Assembly: GCA_034226945.1 (NCBI GenBank)
Contig: CP120460.1
Span: forward strand, 372,001-436,000
Direction of reading: 5' to 3'
DNA: 64,000 nucleotides
DNA from: Picochlorum sp. SENEW3
Lineage: Eukaryota
Shown here one piece after another: positions 46,668 to 57,275 of the stretch. A program made the translations under genes and the position numbers. Every line of letters begins with the position of its first letter. The stretch's first letter is position 1. The notes under the pieces were generated by a model. That model searched no databases, was not told the DNA's origin, and was given only the letters and a program-made list of their open reading frames with translations.

Positions 46668-49550
46668 ATGAGTATCGTCGTACTCTATTTTGCGTTCCTG
46701 GTGTCTGTTTACCTTCCTCTTGGCAGAGTAGCTGGTCAAGAAGTTACCTCCCAGACACCTTCATCGATGGGTCTTGGTTTTGGCCTGGTGCATCCTGATA
46801 ATAATATATTCACATGGCTGGACTATCTCGGCCCAAATTTTGTTCGGGCGTTCTTCCACCCGTTTGTATATTCGAGTGAGCCAGAGTACAATACACAAGA
46901 TTGGCGACAATTTGTAAGTAACAGCTGGAGGAATGGAGAGTATGGGAATCAGTTTGGGGTCTCTTTCGCTGGAGGAGATGTGATCAATCCCGATTCATTT
47001 AGAAATGCAGTCAATGACTTTCGTTTTAGGGTACAGAATGGGCCTGTGGGGATGGGGATTGCAGAGTTTTTGGAAAAGAATCACAAAGAAGTGAATTGGA
47101 ATGAATTGTTGCGCCGGATGACAGAATCTGCAGATGGTATTACGCTCATGCAACAGGGTATTCCTGAGGATTATGTGAAAAAATTACAGGATAGAGATGT
47201 AGGAATAATGGCTGTGTGGGATTGGGACTGCACTGAGTTAGAATTTCTCAGTATTGATCCAGCTGATCCAGACTACTATAGGGAGAGGTTTGAAGACTAT
47301 CGAGTCATGTATATTGGAGGTGCTTGGTTGGCAGAGCATGGTATCACAGATATTGAGTTGTACAATGAACCTGACAAAGATTCGTGCATAGATCGGACGC
47401 GCTGGAATAGCTCTTACAAGATTAAATCTCAAGCACTCCAGGATGCTTTTGCAGACTATTCCATAAAGTCTGGTGTGGGAATCAAGCCATATATAATAGC
47501 ACCAGCAACTGCAGCGTCTTTTCCTACAAACTTTGCTGGAGATATTATCAAAGATATTAATATAACATTTTTAGCAGATGAACCTGATGAGAACTGGAGA
47601 GTGCTTGATGCCTATTCATTCCATGCATATGGATCATTGCCAAGCGGATGTACAACTATTTCGCCAACCTGCTCACCGAGCAATGGGCATAAATTACGAA
47701 CAAAGTTTGATAATGCAAGAGATAACTTGGACATTAGGGGGTACCAGGATATGGATATACACATTTCAGAGTTCAATTGCTACACCTTTAGAACAGCAGA
47801 GCAACTGGCAGGTATGCATGTGATGGATGAACCGTCCACGAGTGCGTGTGTAGCTGCACAGATAGGATCTTTATATGTGAGAAGAAAGATAACTAAATCA
47901 ATAAGTTTGCATAAAATAGCTCAGAATAGGGTTACTAGTGTGCCCAGCAAAGTTGGGAAGAATGGTGTCTTGTATGGCGACACTATCAACCCGCCATTTT
48001 ATGCTTCAGGTTCTTCAAAATCCGCAGAGGTCTATCGAATGATTCTCGATAGATCTCTCACCGGATCAGGATCAAATAAGAGAGGAGAAAAAGATGTTTT
48101 CAAAGTGTATTCGAGGACGCATTCATTCACCTCTGTCAATGACATTGTCCTTGCATGGGCTTTGAAGAATGACAGATCAGTGTCAATCTTTTTAGTGAAT
48201 CAGGGCTGGTTCAATGAAGAGGTGGAAGTTGATATTTCGCAGTATGGAACAATGCCAAATTCCATGATTGTCGTATCATCCGTAGGGAATAATGAGAAGA
48301 TGACCTCAACTTTGCACGGGGAGGTGTCTGGAACCATCCCTGTGGGCACAAATGCATTGATAACATTCAATGTACCTCCAAATACAGTGCAAGAGGCTCA
48401 AATTCCAACTGTCCCCAGTGAAGTAGAGACAATTCAAGCCGAAGCAGCGGTTGTATTGAGCCCATCTTCAACAGCTACCCAAGGACAAGGGTTTCAAATT
48501 ACCTCTGACAACAGTGACGAGCCTTCAGTCCTGGTGATCAAAGTAGATGACTATCCTCAGCAGAGCGATGTTATATACACAATCTTACAGCTCCACGTGA
48601 CAAAAGAAAGTACCAATACTGAGCCAGAGATTGTCACAGTATTTGGGTACAAGAATTCTGATTGGAATGAGAATGAACTTTCCTGGTCCAACTTTGGCAT
48701 GTTGAGGACATATACCACCCCACTGAACGCTGCCAAGGACAATGTCATCAACTGGAATGATGACAAGCTGGTTATCGTGGGTCATGTGACTATACCTCCA
48801 TCTTCCTTCATCAAACAAGAAGGCATATTTGTTCGTGTGGATATAACTTCGTTTGTACAGTCTGGAATCAGAACATTTGCCATGGTCAGGATGGTTCGAT
48901 ATGATCAGACCGGTAGCGGAGACTCGACATTGCCTCAGGATAAACCTCAGGGCATCTACTACATATCATCATTGAAAGATTCGAATGAATCTTTCAGGCC
49001 ACTCGTGATGAGAAGCATAGAGGCCAAGGATGCGCCAAGTCCACCATTTGATCCAATACCACCACTGGAAAGTCCCAATCCTCCTCCTCCCCCTCCACCA
49101 CCTCCACCAGTATGTTCATATCAAGGAAAATATATGATACAAGCACTCACATGCGATAGAAGATACATTGCACACTCGCTGTCATCAAGCAATAGGAAAG
49201 TTTCGCTAAAATCCTGGAGACAAGCCAAAAATCCACGAAGAACCTGGAAGATCAAGTCTGAGACGAAGCAGGGGGATCCAACCACGCTGTTTGCAAGTGG
49301 TAGAAGAACAAAGTACTCGTACTTGGCAGGCACAAGAACACCCAGCCTACAACAGAAGGATGAACTTGTCAGGTTCTACCCAGTACTGTCAGATGACTGC
49401 TCCATTGTGCAGCTGGTGTCTCACAACAGGGCTGTCAAAGGCAGAAAGGCATTCCTGGGCACCAAATCCGATTGCTCAGGACTACGATGGTCCTACAGTA
49501 GAGTGGCAAATGGAAATAAGAGATATCAATTCCGTCTTAAACCAATATGA
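46668..49550 (+). CDS. Secreted multidomain glycoside hydrolase (clan GH-A, GH39/GH5-like) with accessory domains and polyproline linker
   Basis: Signal peptide; ELYNEPD (acid/base), YSFHAYG, IHISEFN (nucleophile); WNENELSWSN; PPPPPPPP; basic Cys-containing C-terminal domain. Confidence 0.75.
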   Translation: MSIVVLYFAFLVSVYLPLGRVAGQEVTSQTPSSMGLGFGLVHPDNNIFTWLDYLGPNFVRAFFHPFVYSSEPEYNTQDWRQFVSNSWRNGEYGNQFGVSFAGGDVINPDSFRNAVNDFRFRVQNGPVGMGIAEFLEKNHKEVNWNELLRRMTESADGITLMQQGIPEDYVKKLQDRDVGIMAVWDWDCTELEFLSIDPADPDYYRERFEDYRVMYIGGAWLAEHGITDIELYNEPDKDSCIDRTRWNSSYKIKSQALQDAFADYSIKSGVGIKPYIIAPATAASFPTNFAGDIIKDINITFLADEPDENWRVLDAYSFHAYGSLPSGCTTISPTCSPSNGHKLRTKFDNARDNLDIRGYQDMDIHISEFNCYTFRTAEQLAGMHVMDEPSTSACVAAQIGSLYVRRKITKSISLHKIAQNRVTSVPSKVGKNGVLYGDTINPPFYASGSSKSAEVYRMILDRSLTGSGSNKRGEKDVFKVYSRTHSFTSVNDIVLAWALKNDRSVSIFLVNQGWFNEEVEVDISQYGTMPNSMIVVSSVGNNEKMTSTLHGEVSGTIPVGTNALITFNVPPNTVQEAQIPTVPSEVETIQAEAAVVLSPSSTATQGQGFQITSDNSDEPSVLVIKVDDYPQQSDVIYTILQLHVTKESTNTEPEIVTVFGYKNSDWNENELSWSNFGMLRTYTTPLNAAKDNVINWNDDKLVIVGHVTIPPSSFIKQEGIFVRVDITSFVQSGIRTFAMVRMVRYDQTGSGDSTLPQDKPQGIYYISSLKDSNESFRPLVMRSIEAKDAPSPPFDPIPPLESPNPPPPPPPPPPVCSYQGKYMIQALTCDRRYIAHSLSSSNRKVSLKSWRQAKNPRRTWKIKSETKQGDPTTLFASGRRTKYSYLAGTRTPSLQQKDELVRFYPVLSDDCSIVQLVSHNRAVKGRKAFLGTKSDCSGLRWSYSRVANGNKRYQFRLKPI

Positions 49551-49775
49551 GAGAAATGTAAATTCTTTTGTTCTTGAAGCCAAAACAGATTGTATACTCC
49601 TGTCAAAGACACTCATCGACCGTTCAGCCGGCAGCCTATCAGGGACAGCTCAAGCCGGTGCCGAATTATTCCGTCTCAGCCCTCCGCAGCCATCGAACAA
49701 GCATGGTGTGACGATACTCGTCTTAGGTTGGCGCAGCGCAAATAACCAGACAACCAATATAGGAATTTAGATATA

Positions 49776-50654
49776 ATGGTGAGCCTTAAATTGCAGAAGA
49801 GATTGGCAGCCTCAGAGCTGAGCTGCGGCCAGCGTAAAGTCTGGCTCGATCCTAATGAGGTCACCGACATTTCCATGGCCAACTCAAGTACGTATATGAA
49901 TCATCTAGTATTATTCTATAGGCTATTTCATGAATTATGGGACCAGTGGCAGGAGCAGAGTGCACGCTGCGTCGCATGAACCGACTGACCCACTGGGGAA
50001 CGGCGGCCTGTGCCAGTGACACTCGCATGCCGTCGATATAAGCCCTTCATGGTTCTTACTGTGCAATTTATAAAATTAAATGGCTAATTATTGGCATCTG
50101 TTTGACAGAGCAGTCCATTGAGGGCTGGCCGCCTTTTGAGTTCTCTTCCGAGTCTTACCTCTTTGTCATGATTCTGTGCAGGACAAAGTGTCAGAAAGTT
50201 GATCAAGGATGGATTTATTATTCGTAAACCAACCAACATGCACTCCAGATCTCGTGCCCGTGCCTCTGCTGAGGCCAAGTCCAAGGGACGTCACTGCGGA
50301 TATGGTAAGCGTCGTGGTACACGCGAGGCTCGTCTCCCAACAAAGGTTCTTTGGATGCGCCGTCTTCGTGTGTTGCGCCGTCTGTTGAAGAAGTACAGAG
50401 ATAGCAAGAAGATCGATCTCCATCTTTACCGCGAATTGTATCTTAGGGTGAAGGGTAACGTATACAAGAACAAGCGTGTGTTGATTGAGGCCATTCACTA
50501 CGAGAAGGGTGAGAAACTCCGTGCCAAGACTATCGCCGACCAACTTGAGGCTCGTCGTGCTAAGAATAAGGCTAGTCGCGAGCGCAAGCTTGCCCGTAGA
50601 GAGGAGCGATTTGCTCAGGGTATTATTGGAACCACTGATGCAAAGAAGAACTAA
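49776..50654 (+). CDS. RPL19: 60S ribosomal protein eL19; exons 49776-49887 and 50182-50654
   Basis: [12 protein letters not shown]...KVWLDPNE...MANSRQ..RKLIKDG...[12 protein letters not shown]. Confidence 0.98.
49943..50133 (+). ncRNA. Candidate structured intronic RNA element in the RPL19 intron
   Basis: Stems ccagtgg/ccactgg, cggcggc/gccgtcg and agcccttcatgg/ccattgagggct; H-box-like ATATAA at 50036-50041. Confidence 0.4.
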
Positions 50655-50848
50655 AGCTCTGGTAGCAGTACAGGGTTTTGGTGGCATTAGTGGATTCAGA
50701 TTGTTATAATTATTGTAGTGTAATACATACAAATGGTTGCGAGTGATTTTATCGAAAGAATTGGCAGTTGACTGTCTTTCAGAAATATAAAATAAAAAAT
50801 TGACCCACATCTCCCTCCCCAATAGGATCTGATCCGTAGGCCATGCAC

Positions 50849-52702
50849 TCAATATGAATGGAAATCTTCAGCATGAAATGCAAAGTGTTTTCCACTAATT
50901 GCCGGGAATGTGTTGCAAGCATGGCGTAGACTTGCAACCATAGAGGTTGGTCCGCAACAAAAGACACCCACAGGACTCTCGGCAACAGATGCACCTGGAT
51001 CGTAATCTCTAAGAATCTGACCAAAATCTGGTCGTCCAAAATGTGACATAGTATTTGAGCTCTTTAGCCTGATTCCAGAGAGTATATCTAGTCCACAGAC
51101 ATCAGCATGAACAGACCCAACTCTTTTTGCAAGCTTTACAAGCTCAGGCTTTATACCAGTGAGCCATATGTTAACTCGAATGCTGCAATTCTCGGAGGAT
51201 TGTCTCAGATCTTCCATAGATTCGAAAAGGGTCTTGAACCAGGTCCTGGCTGCTTCAATGTCTCTCACCACCCAATGGAGAGTCAATGACCTACATTGAT
51301 GACTATGCTCCATCATCTCTGCAATGACCGACACAAATGGTGTCACCCCTATTCCACCAGCCACCATAAGAATATGGCTGTAGTTTTGGTATTCACATGT
51401 GCTTGTCATATACGGGCCATCCACGTAACATTTTGTCGAAACAAGATGGCCTTGGCAGGCCTGATGACGTAACTCCTTTGTCCAGTCTCCAACTGCCTTG
51501 ATATACAAGGTCAAATAATTTTTGGCAAAGGAAGTAATCGAGAAAGGATGCCATTGGAATTTTGAAATTGATGGTACTAATACATGAGCATACGTTCCTG
51601 GCTGCCAACTTCTTTTTCCAGGTGCCTGGACCGTCAGGGAAAGGGCATCATTTGGCAAAGTTTGACACAGAATGATGCTGCTAACACTTTTGCTTCTCCG
51701 ATACCATCTAATCCCAACAGATAATAGAAGTAGTAAAATTGGAATACTGATGAAAATCCAAGTTATTGAGCCAAAACCCTGAGTGGCGTCCCATGACGGC
51801 AGAGTTGGTAGAGGGTGAAAAAACAGAAGTCCAGAAAATGTCGCAGCCATGAACCAATGGCTCAACTTGAAAGCCTCAAACGACCTGAAATACTTTGCTA
51901 TCCGTGTTTCGTTTTTAATGAGTCTTTTATGCAACCCTGAAGCGATGAAGGATCCCAGCAATAGTATGCCAAGCATGGCATATCCAGTAATTGACACATA
52001 TGATGTACAAAGACCCTTCATACTTCTCGACCTTCCTCCTAGGTTACCAATGTACCTGTACTTTGAATCTCCATTTACCCATCCTTCAGAACTTGAAATA
52101 CTCCAATACAGTGGAAACCATGCTATGGAATGAACTATTGAACCTAGCAGAACAATGATCCCAAACACACGATGAAGAGTTGACATTGTTACTGGAAGGT
52201 GGACATGATGAGATAACTTCTTATAGAAGAGATATCTCAATAATCCATTTGCTGAGAGTAAACAGAACACAAGCGATGCTACAGCTAATGACGCCCCTGC
52301 AACAGCAACTGAAAGAAGGGCAAGTCGTCCCTTTTCCTTCCACACTCCTATCTGGGATCTTGGAAAACTTAAAACGAAGGCTGCAGCGACAGCAATACAG
52401 AACAAGGCGCAGAGCATGAACACAATTAAGCTATTTCTGATTATGTATAGCTTCATTCGTTTCGAAATTGATGCGCCATCAATGGATTTCTGCCTGGACT
52501 GATTTTCTATTTGCAAATCTGCCTCCATGTCAAGTGTGCTCCATATCAAGTCTGAGTCAGCGACCTGGGAAGCATTCGGCGTCTTCAAATTATCAAGATC
52601 ATAAAGAATCTTCTGTTTGATACCTTCCCTAACAACATTATTGAACACGCAGCATGCATCTAGCACTTCCTCAATGGATTTTTCAAGGTAATCGTCTTCC
52701 AT
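50849..52702 (-). CDS. Ferric reductase / NADPH oxidase superfamily flavocytochrome without EF-hands
   Basis: Four haem His (HRVFG...IVH, SHWF...FFH), QWHPFSITS, YVDGPY, VAGGIGVTPF, HFGRPDF, VFCCGP, HAEDF. Confidence 0.92.
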   Translation of the reverse strand: MEDDYLEKSIEEVLDACCVFNNVVREGIKQKILYDLDNLKTPNASQVADSDLIWSTLDMEADLQIENQSRQKSIDGASISKRMKLYIIRNSLIVFMLCALFCIAVAAAFVLSFPRSQIGVWKEKGRLALLSVAVAGASLAVASLVFCLLSANGLLRYLFYKKLSHHVHLPVTMSTLHRVFGIIVLLGSIVHSIAWFPLYWSISSSEGWVNGDSKYRYIGNLGGRSRSMKGLCTSYVSITGYAMLGILLLGSFIASGLHKRLIKNETRIAKYFRSFEAFKLSHWFMAATFSGLLFFHPLPTLPSWDATQGFGSITWIFISIPILLLLLSVGIRWYRRSKSVSSIILCQTLPNDALSLTVQAPGKRSWQPGTYAHVLVPSISKFQWHPFSITSFAKNYLTLYIKAVGDWTKELRHQACQGHLVSTKCYVDGPYMTSTCEYQNYSHILMVAGGIGVTPFVSVIAEMMEHSHQCRSLTLHWVVRDIEAARTWFKTLFESMEDLRQSSENCSIRVNIWLTGIKPELVKLAKRVGSVHADVCGLDILSGIRLKSSNTMSHFGRPDFGQILRDYDPGASVAESPVGVFCCGPTSMVASLRHACNTFPAISGKHFAFHAEDFHSY

Positions 52703-53090
52703 GAGTAATCGGGAATGGTACTTTCTACGCCGTCCAACTTGACAATTAAATAATGGTTAGAATTTTATTGAGCTGTTCAATGGATCATTTGAAAATTTGA
52801 TAATTTGATAATAATATCGTATCTGTTTTGCTTGCAAATACTTAATACGTGGATCGCCTCGACGCCATCCCCATGAGGCGCACGCCGAGCGTGTGTCGCA
52901 AGTCTTTTTTGAGGACGTCGCTCTCGTTACCAGAGGCTAAAAAGATGGAACAAATAATTTTGATTAAAAATGGTACTGTCAAGGGACGTACCAGGATCGT
53001 GTTTTTGAACTAGTTACATTGAAAATATAGATTGGCAAATGCATGTTGCTGCATGAAGACCCCATACGATTCATATCTACTTGTTGCCAT

Positions 53091-55213
53091 CTAAATAAAG
53101 ACAGCTCCCACTACCGTGGCTAAAATAGTAAGCGAAAGATTCACCAAAAAGCCTCTGGAGGAGGAGGTTTCATCCTCTTGATAAATTCCTCCTGCTTCAC
53201 CAGCCTCACCGGCTTCTCCTGCTTCTGACTCTCCTTCATATTTACTCAGATCAAGCTTGGTAGTCCTCTCTGGATAATTGATGAACTTGAGTTCATAAAA
53301 GTCAGAGCAATCGTCAAACACATTGAGAGCATTCCCCATAGACACTACAGCATCTCTGACTGCATACCCTTTGTCAATGATACATTTCCTTGTGTCCATG
53401 GTGGCATTTGCATAGGATTTGTAGTCAGCGTTCAATAAGTTTGAAATACTTTCTTCGGTGACATTTGCAGCAGAGACTGCCGTAATATCATCATTGGTAT
53501 TAATACCAAGGCAGTCTCTAGCATCCTGTATTGCCTGTGCAACCTCCTCACATTCTTTTGGTGCATCGTCGCAAAATGGATAAATTTGGCTCCATATTCC
53601 TTTCCAATTATTATAAAAGATCAAAAGGGACAAGTCGGAGAATGTCTCCTCCTCACTTGAAATCTTCTTCGATGGCACCTCAGATGCAAGACCTGCTATT
53701 CCGTCCCATGCATTGGCAGAATTAAAATCTTCGGAGGGGTTCTCTAGGCGACCCTGGAGGTCCTTCAAGTTATCAATAATATCCTCGGCAAGAGATATAG
53801 TGTCATTCGAAATCATATTCTCTCCGAAAAGCAGCCTCTCTACCCTATGGAAACCCCTAAAGGAATCATCCAATTCTCCTCTGAAGTATATATACTCGCG
53901 GGCGTCCAAAGCCTCATCAATATCGATGAAGCTCGGAGCTAGCACTTCAACCTGTTCATAAATTGGTCTGGTGGACAAATAGGCAGATTTCGCCGCATCA
54001 ACGTCTCCACTCTTGAGAACCTCCACAAAGTTTTCTGACTCCTGAACAGCGTATGGCATCAAGGCACTGAAGTATGCAAGGCCATTTTGAATCTGAGGAC
54101 TCTCGTTTGAGAATGAAGCCGTTTCTACGTATGGAGTGCATTCGTCGGAGCTCTCTGCCTCGCCTTCCCCAGCCTCTCCAGCCTCTGAAGGATCTACCAA
54201 TTCAATACCCAAAGAATCTGCAGCATCCTCAACAGCAAGGCCCACATCATAGAATGACTTTTGAATATTTCTTCTTGTTGTGACATTGACCGCAGAATAT
54301 GGCTCATATCCAACCACATTTCCGTCGCCATCCCTTAGGACATATGGTGCAAGGGTCGCATTGGCTGCGTCAATGGATGTGATCAAGCCCTGAGCACTAT
54401 CAGGATTTGATTCCTGGAGAGCCTCAATCCATGGCTCCATGATGTTCTTTATACCTGCCAAATTGTGGTAAAAGATGAGAATCGATAAATCTGAATACGT
54501 CTCCTCTTCACTGGAGAGTTTCTTCTTGGAGACCTCGTAGGCAAGCTCTGCCACACCATGCATAATGGCCTCTGGAGTATAGTCGGATGGATCATCCAAT
54601 TTTTCAATCAGTATCTCATAGTCTTTGATCAATTGTTCAGTCCATGAAACAGCTCCCGGTAAATCGTCCTCTCTGAACAACATAAGCTCGATCTTGTGAG
54701 AGCCTTTGAAGACGGCTCCTGGGATCTCAGTAAGCTGGGCACTAAAAGCTTCTCCATACGGGTAGGCATATGGTCGGGCGTCGATATCAGAATCGGTATC
54801 GCCAAAAACCTCATATAAATGTTCAATCTCTTCATAGTTGGGACGAAGTGCGGTATATGCCGCGATAGAAGCATTCTTGTCTCCAGATTCAAGGGCTTTG
54901 ACGAGATCCTGAGCAAGAGATATCGACTCCACGGCATTGCTCCTAGCGAAGGACACCACCGACATGACCTCAGGAGAGGCAGCTACATTAAAACGATAAT
55001 GATATTAGTGCATGATTGACTTGATTGGAGCATCTTGGTCTCGGTAAGGAAATGTGGGCAGAAATGTGATCAAGCACATTTCCAAAACTGGATGTTCCGG
55101 CAGTTGGTTAAGAAACCCATCCAGATGGATGAGGCCATCACATACAAGAACCTACCGATACTGCTTTGAATTACACATGCTAAAGCGAAGAAAACTACCG
55201 CAGAGCGCATCAT
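53091..55213 (-). CDS. Secreted, probably GPI-anchored protein with two EfeO/imelysin (M75) domains; exons 55213-55156 and 54982-53091
   Basis: Signal peptide MMRSAVVFFALACVIQSSIA; each domain has RPxYExxE, D..IDAR/LDAR, GxHxxE (HKIE, HRVE), KKxSSEEETxSDLS; hydrophobic C-terminus after SSS. Confidence 0.88.
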
Positions 55214-56302
55214 ATTGACTCTACACCTGGGCAACAATCCTGATCGTGGATATTGGCACTTGTGCACAACAGATGGCAGATGATCCACCAACGTGTAAAT
55301 GATCTTTCGTGATGACAATCTTTGTGGTAATATTCGCCACAAATATTATTGAAAGTGGAGCAGACAATGTCTAGCCGCCATTATATCTCATCTCGATCGC
55401 GAGAGAACATGCCAAGCGTGCGCCACATGGATGTCGTACACGGGTATTGAAAGAAACGACTAGCGCACGCTGGCGTGTGGCTGTGCCTTCATATGATTCA
55501 GTCGAGAGACGCGTGTGCACCACGTTGCAGATGCCGTATTGATGTATGTGCCGTGCGAAAATGCATTGGGCATGGAAACTCTTTATTTAGAAACATGAAC
55601 AAGGTGTATTATTACTGGAAGCATCACCATACACATTCAAACCTAGCAGGATGGCCGGGCAAATGCTCTACAAATTACTATCTCAACAGATGGAAACATC
55701 TGTACATATTCATGGTGGAGTATCGGGATGTAATTATTTCAATACCAATGTGCGCGATAAATAAATTCCTGTAGATCTAAGAATACAATCTTTAGTAGAG
55801 AAGATCTTCTCGATTCCACAGGAGACTCGTCTGCCTCAGACAAGTCTGGCTGCTCTTCTTCCACCCAACAAAGTTGAGAGTGGGTCATCGTTGTGCAGCA
55901 GATATCAAAAAGAAGTTGACTGACTCCTCGAATGTTTGATGTACAATGTTTCTTGCCTGCCACCATCACGTCAGATTGTGCTGAAGATGATTGCAATACT
56001 CCATGCCATGTGGATGCACGGGGTCTGAGAATTCTCAGTCACCTTTCGTTGGAAACTGGAAAACTGTACCCATGCAGCGGTGTATCCATTTGAAGTTCCC
56101 ACGTGGATCGCATAACGATGCATCGCCACTGCTGGAAGCTGCCATCCACGTGGATGTGCATGCACATCTCCTTTGATTCGGGCGCGGATCTGGCCTTGCC
56201 GTCCTCCAAGTACCTGTACAGACAATTGTATCAGCGATCTGATTTCGTAAACGTAAGAATATCTCTTTTACAATAGATCTATTTGCTCATAGAAGAAAAG
56301 CG

Positions 56303-56988
56303 ATGAAGCATCTCCTCCGACAGGGCGCCTTGCTTTTGGTCTTCTTCCTACGCATTGGCGTGCTGGCCAGCAACACCTGCGTGAACCAACTCACAAAGTT
56401 TGTTCCGATTGGAGAACTCGAATACAATCTTGGAAGCGACAAATATTTGCCATTATCGGTGCGATCGTTTTGGGTTTGATTGATCCCGTGTCACGTGGCC
56501 TTCAAGACTCTCAGAAACAAAAATGACTGCTGATGCTCACGTTGGTTGCTTCTACCCTGCAGGTGGACAAGAAAAAGTACTTTTGCTATTCCTTCACGGA
56601 AAAAGATGCTAGTTATGGCTCGAGAGGGTATGAGGTGGCAAAGATCATTGCAACTGTCATGTCGAAATCATACTTGCCTGCTCTGAACAGCGGTCCCCTG
56701 GATGATGACTCGGATGACTTTGCATCCTGCTTCAAAAATGGTAGAAACTACTGTTGCGGCGAAGGAGTGAACTACTATATAATCCCCAAAATGAAGTTGT
56801 GCGAGAAAATGGTCGGCAGATATGATGAGGAAGTGGGCACCTGGATTGCAAACTCTGAAGACCTTTCTGACACTTCCTATATCAAAGTTGCTGCGATTGT
56901 TGATTACGGATGCAACCAACAGGCAAGAGGTAGGCAAGTGTCTCTTCGATTCAATGGAAATATGACAGAGCGTTGCAAAGAATACTGA
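56303..56988 (+). CDS. Small secreted cysteine-rich hypothetical protein; exons 56303-56458 and 56563-56988
   Basis: Signal-like MKHLLRQGALLLVFFLRIGVLA; phase-0 GT-AG intron; eight Cys; TGTAA downstream. Confidence 0.65.
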
Positions 56989-57275
56989 TGACTGCTGTTG
57001 CATTGTGGCATATTCTCATCACTCAAACGCATGCATGCCATGCGTCGAACGCGCGTTCGACCGACGTGATCGTGATCAGGTTTGATATCGTGACTCGAAG
57101 GACACTCGAAGAACACTCGTCTCACTATAATGAAATGTTATATTCACTTTAGACTCTCGTATATGTAAATATATGTGAGTCTGCTGTTCTTTCGACATCA
57201 ACTATACGAGATTGCAAAAGATTCGCCCCTATTCTTGGTCATCCACTGGGATAATTGGCTCAACCCTTGAACGCA

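Noticed and set aside
49079..49109. CCT/CCA repeat
   Set aside because: Encodes the polyproline linker of the glycoside hydrolase
50095..50115. ACAGAGCAG resembling SRP RNA helix 8; also considered TPP riboswitch, RNase MRP and telomerase RNA for this intron
   Set aside because: Partner motifs are absent (no helix-8 AGG strand, no CTGAGA/ACCTGAT, no GAAAGTCCCC, no CCCTAAA template)
50166..50852. 228-aa minus-strand ORF
   Set aside because: Antisense to RPL19 exon 2 with no recognisable protein features
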